Assembly: GCA_009859145.1 (NCBI GenBank)
Contig: VRVR01000008.1
Coordinates: forward strand, 195,494-259,493
Origin: Andalucia godoyi And28
Lineage: Eukaryota > Protista > Jakobida
Reading direction: 5' to 3'
Length of the DNA stretch: 64,000 nucleotides
The notes beneath the pieces are model-generated. The model saw only the letters and a program-made list of their open reading frames with translations, ran no database searches and was not told the origin of the DNA. Numbering within the stretch: the stretch's first letter is position 1; every line of letters starts with the position of its first letter. Of the stretch, positions 40,001-48,400 are shown one piece after another. The translations under genes and the position numbers were made by a program.

Positions 40001-42146
40001 AATTGCGATCCGCAGAAACACGGAGAAGATCCAAAAAAGAAGAACGAAGGTAAACACGGTCCGTCGCATTCACAGAAAAATAAAGAAAGCGAAGACGAAT
40101 TAAGTTGCTCTCGGACTCCTTTTGAACGTACAGCATCGCTGAGGAAGCGGTGCGCGACTGATCGAGCCGTTCAAACTCCCCATCATCCTGAGCGCTGACA
40201 TCGGCGGCCGGCGACGCATGCACGGAAGCACTGTTCTTCCGCTCCGCCCAGACAAAAACAGCGTCAGACGAAAACGAAGCGCCCCATGATCGCGACGCCA
40301 TAAGAACAATATTAAAAGCACGCGCAAACACAACTTCTTTGGTCACCGAGATCACCCCCGCGGAGTCGGAAAGCATGGCGTAGGGAACGAGAATCTCTAA
40401 TTCTTCCACAGAAAAGTGCCGTTCCAGCTCTCGCACAGATAGCTCGCCAAGACGGCACACAAACTCAACATCAGAACTCGCCTCGGCTTTCAGCTCCGGC
40501 ACTGTATGCTTTGAGTGGCCCGAAACGCCTTGATTGGAAACAGCAAACCCTCTGGAAAGAGGGTCAGAAACATCCCTACCTCGCAATCCTTCGCCGTTAA
40601 CAATGCTCTGAAAAAGACGATGGATGTAGAGAAAAACTGCGTCAGATTCCTGTAAGGCAGAAAAGAAACCCTTAACGGCCGGATTTGTGTGCGAAAATGT
40701 AAGAGACTCCAAGGTAGAAGAAACAAGCGCAACGATTTCAACATAGCACCTCCGTGGTGCCTGCTTCTTGGCTCGTTTCCTGACATTCCGAGATGGCAGC
40801 GCTGCAAGCTCTTCTTCGCGTTTCTTGAACTTCTTTTCATCAGCAAAAACTTTTGCATTTCTGTCATGCAACGAGACTCGATATACGACTGTCACAAACG
40901 AAGAGAACAGAAATTGAAGTTCAAGCTCCACAAGACGACGATCCGCATCCTCTCCAGACGGCCCATCATACACAAAACGCGACGGCAAAAATCCGTCTCG
41001 TAAACGTCGATCCAGAAAAGAAATGAGGGGACAATACGGAACATCATACGTCACAGACTGAAGATCATAGGGATAAAGGCTCGTAGATTGATTTGTCATG
41101 GGATTGCAATCTCCTAAACCAAAAAGAGAGGACGTGACATGCAACATATGTTGCCAAGCTTGCAACCGTGGAAGTCTGTAGCCGGGTAAGACATCATCTC
41201 GACAATCGTTCAGATCAACAATTGTTCCGCATTCAACGTCATACAAGCCAATCCCTCCAACCGTTTTTGAAGCAACAGAAGTAATTTCATCCCAGTTAGG
41301 AGGCAGCTTGGAAGCACAGCGTGAACCGATGATCAAAAACCACGACGACGCATCAAACCTCCTCATGGCCGTACATGCGCAAATCAAAGGGCTTGAAAGA
41401 CCAGTCGAGCCAAAGAGCATGCCATCTGTTATACAGATGTGAATGGGGGCGGCGTCGGATTCGGAGAACTCAAGCATGAACAGAGAATTTTCTAGCACAT
41501 CTTCCACTGCTGAACCATCAGTGCCATGCTCATGCACATTATTCTGGGAAACGCAGGACGTTTCCACATCCTTAAGACGCTCGCGAATTTGCGAAAGAAG
41601 AAAATCCCGCGAAGACTCCGTCAGTTCGTGCTCTTCAAGCAACAAGCAAATGCGGCGAGAAGATGACAGACTTGCGATGACCGATACAGAAAGAGAGGGG
41701 CGAGAAGATGAAAAGTAAGGATATCGCAGATCAAGTAAATGACGAAATACTGCCTCTACGGCTCCAACATACGAGTCTGCAAGGATGCTGCCGCTTGAAA
41801 CATCAAAAACCCATGTTGACGCGCTCATGTCCAGCGACAACAGGAATGAGTAACGAGCATAACACACGACGACCTCAGAGGATGGCACGAGCAAGGCCTC
41901 TTTCAATGACAATTCCTTGGAAACAGAAATCGGGTCATTTGACAGAAAACCTACTGACACAGGAAATTGTCCAAAAGATTGCAACCGGGTGCTGTCCTCA
42001 GCTATCCACAAGCGAGAATTGCAAAATTCCGAAAACCAAAAGTATCGGTCCAACAGTGAAAATATGTGGTGATCCCTGCTCCACAAAAGCACGGTTCTTG
42101 CAGTTGGAAGATGGTTTCCGTACGCATCTACTGCAAGCACGGACAT
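34062..42146 (-). CDS. SZT2: SZT2-like protein (KICSTOR scaffold)
   Basis: First ATG at 42146. LLVPSSEVVVCYARYSFLLSLDMSASTWVFDVSSGSIL matches the SZT2 N-terminal block, and LNHRSNQLILLSQLHDSRLCSDLLLP and FSVSNRKNLFVYRDSFGHIFYMRL match the central blocks. Confidence 0.82.
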   Translation of the reverse strand: MSVLAVDAYGNHLPTARTVLLWSRDHHIFSLLDRYFWFSEFCNSRLWIAEDSTRLQSFGQFPVSVGFLSNDPISVSKELSLKEALLVPSSEVVVCYARYSFLLSLDMSASTWVFDVSSGSILADSYVGAVEAVFRHLLDLRYPYFSSSRPSLSVSVIASLSSSRRICLLLEEHELTESSRDFLLSQIRERLKDVETSCVSQNNVHEHGTDGSAVEDVLENSLFMLEFSESDAAPIHICITDGMLFGSTGLSSPLICACTAMRRFDASSWFLIIGSRCASKLPPNWDEITSVASKTVGGIGLYDVECGTIVDLNDCRDDVLPGYRLPRLQAWQHMLHVTSSLFGLGDCNPMTNQSTSLYPYDLQSVTYDVPYCPLISFLDRRLRDGFLPSRFVYDGPSGEDADRRLVELELQFLFSSFVTVVYRVSLHDRNAKVFADEKKFKKREEELAALPSRNVRKRAKKQAPRRCYVEIVALVSSTLESLTFSHTNPAVKGFFSALQESDAVFLYIHRLFQSIVNGEGLRGRDVSDPLSRGFAVSNQGVSGHSKHTVPELKAEASSDVEFVCRLGELSVRELERHFSVEELEILVPYAMLSDSAGVISVTKEVVFARAFNIVLMASRSWGASFSSDAVFVWAERKNSASVHASPAADVSAQDDGEFERLDQSRTASSAMLYVQKESESNLIRLRFLYFSVNATDRVYLRSSFLDLLRVSADRNFRFTIIHHPRISLVLRAMNKNRVDRQTSIAVHSRPGNVARAVPSWFSLRSLCVASIMRQAHFRWALSHSGLWQTLFDTFVGYLSSRGGHLLFEDRNSSVFVFEFQTNKGHEEDNRFLFLFVAVYFSKSGSFGIDLWMDSFTGEWEIPAVLNLGFECGSTEVLWDVVCSKFSSILQNILTAFYSYLYVIDKSADGSFKKSVSKLQSRLAQQEPSGRHSRYQSLAFSKLMGLEFSLKTICLPYNLTELRFEMLSIPVVTRGAYNALVNADITACCVALNNAIVAFLSSVLSVCADVSILTSDDEDDNVFLLCPQVEHSTSPFGRTLSAVAADRINLSRASLFTACGRGAFQCFAVVISSSYFLILVVPFVSVAAHGLPSAAISSVVLQGISLSTTEGVWTVDADLRSSSGAENLNNAFETVGTMSVFHCHDPTQYLSSEEILLRDAFLSRLTSLVTAFRSLVACRALQHGIGLTSDVVDRVISTLPSFSTSFDVSEYFRICSNLSDPAGAYSPLSHTETERELFSAVSSLFFQCSTSPQIWVPHAAGIETEMPSSELLTSPYFLRFSLFASGEEPLKEILVLPGMPLSPFQDVLSGDRSIRFQIEAITVYRTLDEVLKCFLNASSSLECRQQAFHSFLTSDVEATRHNNNSQWSDGWTTSTTSVSKRIFALFSRQVLAGLLLRKQLTRSLLDQVRSFLSTLPAELKVELDQPLTFVDAAEGRSLFFEELEKFDMLTLVKVDEVYVVMDVKNHGDVSRSSSIFSAADASSDFSSFWCFIQVHFSTVRISIFHPRISPGHVLVSELLDNICYWIGSLNHRSNQLILLSQLHDSRLCSDLLLPPSKFDIVSDDEDAFSVDRSFYDDDIASEQAIQTFFAVPPSHHPGMFRCPLVHSLSFVVPFRLSFSQLAVQNLISSIFLAFSVSNRKNLFVYRDSFGHIFYMRLCLSKAHDSTKFRRDNSLAESDSSLLLLVFGIDPPSTDITYKLHDLVVSKIASMALSSLSTLIARNPNLKMQQNDLDFLRNHPSRKDSTSFVLLPQFLHPLQDFFSILRQELLSRSFQPINGYNGADLLCIPVVDSYYVNGVPFVFQDFTFLLNGVDQPSYRSSAIPAKIPMPSSKGLALIYIHPCVSTGNEVVYPSKLDSQTTDFDFKEVLEFADLRKLHMARFVDSYAGFPNDSRILRADVLSAGDFDHKGILVSLLVVVQHALIRAVIRRFVESFDSDTLSHDHFMKLKYVLDFAVDVQCSTVSFSKMDSFLPPSSMAGCCVNVCQFASSLGFRFRCLATVARHLSNLDEICDPAADCRFLVFEVMESKRHQQSGFLFVCLRPSAIELHGFHCSASLFDSFWHSLCSISVWSVCRSHVIHSVVHAKIGLKKHSSTRNVISCMSSSDASFSVGQSLLLWQSATPPSVARVMNPGFSLAISPDQISQMNRSIFEVLDGRFCSPSAIEGGNEHHIRQLQLLFSGMESMESRMQKSSLSSDWELLRFGLQQSVPTACFRSPLFTQGRVASGTRVVHLDEERLDKFVGIHFDEDEYLRVRRTVLLHRNVLDRFIARYSAYIQQHLGFSPFVCSSPHYFGHPDAYQGSTCISLRSPVGLVSVSLIPNAAYFYQVFPDQGCCFIELGFRASDIFVNVFVRHPISSISPSATDFSDKLSRLIRALHLRSFAYDFQVRLFEEQLLRPDPALPLFDCVDCLRRMLDFYSGIVPRYARNGITTTRISMPLKGQTGGQEFFSYLLENSDRYGLQSVGDCLLFVQDSCAVVASCSEPAESKGAGEPMATNSLLHLDLLILVVASIKEYTPQVDIAPEKAEALLRATVRTIENNLQVQFAEAISIAEEHRVLDGLWEALSAGSLGIDGLMMLCTKAERTALESIDESLTQLMDTSVTHSLLKSVTNEFGGFITVFDDVSVCIIRHPTQSNVFFATNFSDSPSLVSSNIKPGIYKRARVGHQHFPFTETDKMFVEYIAEGFARACIEHCLS

Positions 42147-42536
42147 TTCCGACCAGCCAGGAAGTACTGCGGTCAACGCTGATCGGTAAGCTTCTCCGCT
42201 TCGTGACCAAATTGCTGCTTGCAAGAATGCTGCTTTTCTCTGGTCCGCCAGAGAGGGGAGGGACTGCTCGCAGAAATCCAAAGAGTTTTATTTCCGCCTC
42301 ATGCACACAATTGAGTCGGGATGGACGGCACCACACACAGCTGTCAGAGTGTCAGAGTGTGGTGACACGTCAGACGAGACTCGCCTATCATCTTGTTTGG
42401 TAAAATGAGTGGAAGCAGTCTCGTTCGTGTTTTCTTTGCTTTCTTCTTTCTTCTTTTGCTTCACGTGCACAGATTGTTGTTATTTACCATCAAACTTCAT
42501 TACTGTTCAATTTTTTTTAACTGTTTCTTTCATTCC

Positions 42537-42869
42537 ATGTCAACAATCACAAATCTTGCAGCAAAGGATCCTTTTGCAGAGGGAGATGACGAACTTGCAG
42601 TCGACGGTGGCAACAAAGTGCACATTCGCATTCAGAAGAGAAATGGTCGGAAATCAGTAACCACTGTTCAAGGACTGCCACAGGGAATTGACTTCAATAG
42701 AATTCTTCGGGTTCTGAAGAAGAATTTAAATTGCAATGGCACGGTAAATGAAGACGAGACAGCAGGAAAAGTTCTTCAGTTACAAGGTGATCAGCGTCAA
42801 TCAATTCTCGATTTTCTCGTGAATGAGGAGATTGTGAAGCGAGAGAATGTTGTTCTTCACGGTTATTAG
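42537..42869 (+). CDS. EIF1: Translation initiation factor eIF1 (SUI1)
   Basis: DPFAE, VHIRIQKRNGRKSVTTVQGL, LKKNLNCNGTV, LQLQGDQR and LHGY*. ATG at 42537. Confidence 0.96.
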   Translation: MSTITNLAAKDPFAEGDDELAVDGGNKVHIRIQKRNGRKSVTTVQGLPQGIDFNRILRVLKKNLNCNGTVNEDETAGKVLQLQGDQRQSILDFLVNEEIVKRENVVLHGY

Positions 42870-42992
42870 AAGGATCCAGGTTTACCAGCTTGATTTCTGT
42901 ACAAAGTTCTTTGTATTTTTCGTGATCAACTGCCCGTTGATTGCTCCGAAAGAATAAAACATCTGCTGAGATTCGTCGCTTTGTTCACCGCG

Positions 42993-43149
42993 CCTATACT
43001 GTACCTGAATCATTGCTCGCCATCCATGTGCAGTCTTGCATCGAAGCCGAATGTGATTTTCAGTGCAGAGAGTGGAAGTAGGCCCAACACGCCGAAGCGT
43101 TCTTCAAACTGATACTGCGCGCACCAATCTAAACTCGATCCACACGCGC
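42993..43149 (-). mobile_element. Fanzor2/TnpB 3'-end remnant with putative omegaRNA (FzE)
   Basis: gtg gat cga gtt tag att ggt gcg cgc agt atc agt ttg aag (VDRV*IGARSISLK, point-mutated DRDWNGARNIYLK), then ggcgtgttgggcctac, gatgcaagactg and terminus GGTACAGTATAGG. Confidence 0.8.
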
Positions 43150-43206
43150 CGGGGGGTTAGAATTGTGAGTGCGAGGACTGAGGAGGGATCATTTTTGTGG
43201 GACCGC

Positions 43207-43228
43207 GGGGGGGGGGGGGGGGGGGGGG
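43207..43228 (+). repeat. G22 homopolymer between two element remnants
   Basis: Seen directly. Confidence 0.85.
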
Positions 43229-43436
43229 TAACCGACTGAACGACGATGGACTGGCGTGCCTGGAGGGGGGAAGATCGAACGGAACAAAGTCGTATTGTCT
43301 GAAATGCATGGGTGGGTGAGGTAAAGAAGAGTTAGTGAGTGGACTACTGCATCCAATTGGACAATGAGGTGTGGTGTTCTTTTTGCTTGTGCGTGCAGCA
43401 CAATGGATGCCAAGGCTCACCTGCATTGCCGGCGGT

Positions 43437-43504
43437 CTCATGACGGACCAGCGAAGTGCGAACTGCTGCACATTGTTTCGATTCAAGGATTGTCAGCGGG
43501 AACA
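43437..43504. repeat. 68-bp dispersed structured repeat, copy 2 (inverted relative to copy 1)
   Basis: Matches the reverse complement of 11934-12001 and lies 6 bp from the PUS10 stop codon. Confidence 0.9.
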
Positions 43505-43509
43505 GACTT

Positions 43510-45273
43510 TTACTCACCGCGGTCGGAATCCGAATCCGCTGCAGCTTCTGGCACATCCTCTACATGAACATTAACCACATCCAGCTGCAAAATCTCCATC
43601 CGGTTCAGCACATCTGTATTATTTTCAAACACCGCGTCTGCAAGGCATGGGGATGTGCGACCCATGTCTCCATGGACAAATTCTTTGATGTACATCCCAG
43701 CAGACGACTCCAGCTCACAAATCAAAAAGTGGTCATTGATTCTCTGAAGAATCGCCAACGAATGAAGTTTCTTGGACCGCTCAACAATCGCACGACGATG
43801 CATCACTCGTACAGGAGTACGTTGATGTACCACAACGGAGTGCGCAGAAAACCGCTGAATGTTCGCAGACAGCATATCCTTGTTTGGAAGAACGCTGCTA
43901 CTCCATACAACGCAACGATAGGTCTTTTTCTTGCTACATTCGGCTAGCTTCAGTGACTGGAAAGCCTGTGCTTGATCACGGGGAATGTGAACATCTACCA
44001 AAGAAACTCTGCCTTCAGAAACATTTTCCAAGTTGGAACAAAAGACATCAAGTTGTTGTTGTGGCCAACATTCAGTTGTTCTCATTTTCCGTGCATTAAT
44101 AAGCTGAAGAATAAATGGGCGACCAGGAGAAAGCATGCGAACGTCAATATCCTCTCGTCCAGCAGATGACAAACGACATTCATCTACATGCCCAACAGTT
44201 TGACGAACCGCCTCGGACATGAGAGAAAGGAGCGAATCGTCTCGCATCAATTTACCGTCAATGACCCAGGGAGTCTGGGACAACTCCCTGGACCACTTGC
44301 AATAGCGGCCGCAAATTACTGACTGGCCAGAATGGCACCCGACAAAACGGACAGACGGAGATCTCGCGTCAAGCGTGGTCAACAGTGTCTTCGCATAATC
44401 GTTACCAAATAACAGGGACAACTTGTAGTTATTCAATTCGCTTAGGCAGCGCTTGACAGCTACGATGGACGGGCCCGAAGACTGAGAGCCAGAGGGGCAC
44501 CCCAGGCCTCTTTGAAAATGCTTCCGTTTGTCTTCAGAGACCGGCACTTGATACGACAGTCCAAGGGGATCGTCCATTCCGCGAGCTCGCTTGGCCACAT
44601 TCTCATTCGACTCTGTCTTCCCTTTGGTGTGATGATGATTATATGGAAGATGAAGCTTTTCATACAAAAACGCGTCGTGGTAGTCTGCGCGATCATTCGT
44701 CAAAAGGGCAATGTCGAAGTTGATGGTGAATTGAGCATCCTGGACAATGAATGATGAAATGTCTCCGGAAAAATCAGGAACTTGGCGACGAATTGCAACC
44801 AGAGCAATTTGCTGGAAAAAATCTTTCAAATCGTACACATGGTGGAAAAAGCTGGAACCAACCGACGCAAACAATATATGCTGTCGAATGACCAGAGAAG
44901 GTGGGAAGGCTACACCAACAGTGCACTTCTCTCCAGGTTCTGGAAACGCGAAATCTTGTAAAGCATTTACAATCTGCTCAATGAGAAAGTCCTGATCGAA
45001 TAACGTCTTTAATACCCCTAGACAAGATATGCAATCCATGAGGGCAGGATTTGACAGATCGGAAGCTGTAAAGCACGATCGGACGTCTTCCACAGAGCAA
45101 CGTCCTGAGAAAATTCTGATACATCCAGGGCAGCAACCAAGGTCCGCAAGGAAGGAGTTAGCATCGACTCGAAACGACATGTTTCCGGGGTTTGACAGAT
45201 CGGCGAAGAATGCTTCAAACAAAGTCCGAATAGGAGACGTTGTGATAATCGGCAGTGGCAGAAATTCGCTCAT
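43510..45273 (-). CDS. PUS10: tRNA pseudouridine synthase Pus10
   Basis: Start MSEFLPLP at 45273. CGRYCKWSRELSQTPW, catalytic SAGREDIDVRML, KKTYRCVVW, QRTPVRVMHRR and AGMYIKEFVHGDMGRTSPCL. Confidence 0.93.
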   Translation of the reverse strand: MSEFLPLPIITTSPIRTLFEAFFADLSNPGNMSFRVDANSFLADLGCCPGCIRIFSGRCSVEDVRSCFTASDLSNPALMDCISCLGVLKTLFDQDFLIEQIVNALQDFAFPEPGEKCTVGVAFPPSLVIRQHILFASVGSSFFHHVYDLKDFFQQIALVAIRRQVPDFSGDISSFIVQDAQFTINFDIALLTNDRADYHDAFLYEKLHLPYNHHHTKGKTESNENVAKRARGMDDPLGLSYQVPVSEDKRKHFQRGLGCPSGSQSSGPSIVAVKRCLSELNNYKLSLLFGNDYAKTLLTTLDARSPSVRFVGCHSGQSVICGRYCKWSRELSQTPWVIDGKLMRDDSLLSLMSEAVRQTVGHVDECRLSSAGREDIDVRMLSPGRPFILQLINARKMRTTECWPQQQLDVFCSNLENVSEGRVSLVDVHIPRDQAQAFQSLKLAECSKKKTYRCVVWSSSVLPNKDMLSANIQRFSAHSVVVHQRTPVRVMHRRAIVERSKKLHSLAILQRINDHFLICELESSAGMYIKEFVHGDMGRTSPCLADAVFENNTDVLNRMEILQLDVVNVHVEDVPEAAADSDSDRGE

Positions 45274-45466
45274 GGCGGGAGGTTCCTTCAGGGAGTGCCT
45301 CCATCGACTGTAGTGAAAACTCGCTTTTCCGTGTTTCAGAGTTTCACGCTTCGGCCCCACCGCTTCTTCGGGTTTGGGTGGGGTTTTTTTTTTTTTTTTT
45401 TGGTTCTCTTGTTTTATTTTTCGCTCATCTCTTTTTTTTTTCCTTGAATCCATCCACTCTCTGAGA

Positions 45467-48400
45467 ATGTCTTCAAAAAAGCGCGATCATCCGGATCAAG
45501 TACAGAAAGTACTTGTGTCGGCCGATGAAGCTCCGAGGCCGCAGAAATTTCCCAGAGGCGGAGGCTCTGTTTTGACTCCGGTCGAGCATCGGCAAGCGAC
45601 TTTGGAAGCGGAGCGAGAGGAGATCTTTCGGCCATCCAACGTGGATCATGCGTCCCGCGGCGCTAAGCCAACGGATTCTACAAAACGGAGAGCGAAAAAG
45701 ACTGCTTCCGAAGATCTTTTTAAAGACATTGCGGACCCAACTGATGGCCCGATCGCTCGTCCACCTTCAGTGGTATTGCTGTCTGCCAAAAATCTGTCTC
45801 CAGGATTTATTTCTGTGGGCTGCATCCGATCCATCTCTCGAGAAGATGTGCAAATCGGTATGCCCAACGGCATTGTGGCTTTTGCTCTGAAAAAGGAGTT
45901 GTCGCGCCTTTCCGACGATGTCAGTCATGTCATCCAAATCGGGCAGTTTGTGAACTGTGTGGTTACTCACGTGGAACATGAAAAGCAGGGAAGGAAGGTG
46001 TTTGTGTCACTGCTTCCGCAGTTGGTCAATTCTGGAATCGACCGTTCTCGCGTTCATGCTGGCTGCGTGTTGTTTTCTTGTATCAAGTCCGTTGAAGAAC
46101 ACGGCTACGTGGTGTCTTTCGGTCTAAAAAATGATGATTGTGTTGGATTTCTCCCAAAGCTGAAAGATTCTGATTTGCGTGTCGGGCAGCTGTTGTTTGT
46201 GGCAGTGACTTCAACGAACGGCCGCGTTGTTGCAGTAACGCGAATGAATGTTGAATCTGCCTGTGTGTCGCCGAAACTACTTCCTGGCAGTTCTTCGTTT
46301 TCTTTCGATTCTATTAAACCGGGATTTCTCGTTGAAGCATCAGTTGAAAAGATGTTCGCACTTGGATGCACTGTTCGTTTTCTGACGGATTTCGTTGGTT
46401 CTGTGGACGTTTTTCATCTGCCTTTTGTTCCTGACACCTTGGATGCTGATGCAATATCCAGAGGAATCAAATCTGGGAATTGTGAAGTTTCTCGAGCTCG
46501 AGTTATGTGGGTTGATGCTGTCAACAAGATTATTGGGCTGTCTCTGCAACAAAATCACGTGATGAACTTCGGTCTTGCTGGCTTACCGTCCCCGCTAGTC
46601 GTTGGAGATATCGCGCGCAATGCGTTGGTGATTGGCAGTGTCGAAAAGGTTGGCACATTTGTTTGTGTTCAGAAGAACAAGACGTCTTACTTATGCTTTT
46701 GCCATGCTTCTCAGTTGCCTTTGTCTGAGGCATCCGGCGGAGAGAAAGCGGCGATTATCCCAGAAGTTGGAACTGCGGTGGAATGTCGTGTCATTGCAAA
46801 CGATGTGGTTGATGGCATTTCAATGGTATCTATGAGGGAATCCGTAATGACAGCGACCTATGTTCGCTACGACGATGTGAAAGTTGGTGAAATGATCGAA
46901 GGAACCGTGTCTTCCATTGAATCGTTCGGGGTGTTGTTTTCTGTTTCGGATACCGTCCAAGGCGTTGTTACACATTTGCATCTTCATGAATCCACAACAG
47001 GCACTGCTGCTTCTTCTTCATCGACCGCGCCCGCTTTCAAAGTCGGCCAGAAGATTAAAGGTCGTGTCATCCAGTGCATTCCTGCAGAAAAGCGTCTCTA
47101 CGTCACATTGAAAAGATCATTGATCAAGTCTTCTCTCCCGAAGATTATGTCCATTGAAGACTGCCGGCCCGGATTGATTTCACATGGTTTCATCACTTCT
47201 ATCCGGGATTTCGGATGCATCGTTCAGTTCTACAATGATGTCCATGGAATTGTGCCGAAGAGACTCATGGGTCTTTCTGAGGGTGAGGCTTCATCTCAAG
47301 CGTATGCACTTGGCCAGGTTGTCAAATGCCGCGTTCTGAGATCGGATGCATCCACAGGTTCATTGGAACTCACTTTCGACACTAATTCTTCAATGGAAGA
47401 TGTGCAGGTCCTGTTAAGTCGCACCGACAGTAAGACTCGAAAGAAAGCCATCGTGGGAACTGTTGTTGCAGGAACTGTTCTATCTGTGAAGGATCAGGGC
47501 TTTCTTTTGGAACTCGAAGAATCCAAGGCGTGGGCGTTGTTGCCGTTTTCGCATTTGTCTGATGTTCTGCCTATATGTGATTTATTGAAGTCTCGGATTG
47601 CAGTTGGAACTCGTGTTGAGAATCTTGTGGTAATCGAAATTTCTGATGATCAGCGTCGAATTGTTGTCTCGCGAAAGCCGATACTTGTTCAGTCAGTTGC
47701 GGATGGGAAAATGCCGTCGTTGAGTGCACAGTTGTCAGAAAACGATATCATTATTGGCTTTGTCCGATCTGTGCAGCCATATGCGATTTATGGAGGATTT
47801 CTTGACGGTTTGATTGGAGCCTGCTTCCAACGTAGCATTCCTCGTTCTCTATCCGCCAACCTCAGTTCTACATATCCTGTGGGATTGACGTTGTCGTTTA
47901 GAGTTGCTGAAAAGGGAGAAAAACTTGTTCTCTCCTTGAAAGACGAACCACGAGAAGAAAGTTCTGTTCTCCGCTCTCTAGCATACGCCAAAGATGCCGA
48001 GTTCTTGTCTGCTTCTGGCACTGCGCCTCCTTTCAAGGTTGGAACTGTTGTAGAGATCTTTGTCAAAGAAGTTCGCGATTTTGGGCTTTTGTTTGATCTG
48101 GATGGAGGATGGAAGGGACTTTCTCTGTTCAACAAGGACGGAAAAGATTCCCGGAAATACACGGTTGGAAAGAAGGTCAATGCTGTGGTCATTGACGTGG
48201 ACCATGTGCACCAAATGGTGGATTTTTCCATCCAGCCAGACATTCTTAATGTATTCAACCGACGGAAAGCAAAAACGCAGGGCTCCGTAAGCATCGGTAG
48301 AACGGTGTCTTGTGAAGTATTGGTAGTGAAGGAGAACGATTGCGTGGTTTGGTGGTCTTTACCGTCACCAGGCGTTGGTAGGCTGGCTGTCCGAGGTTTA

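Noticed and set aside
43437-43490. SECIS element in the 68-bp repeat (AUGA...AA...GA)
   Set aside because: The stem arms are asymmetric, copy 1 has UUGA and loses the pairing, and no adjacent ORF has a credible in-frame Sec UGA.
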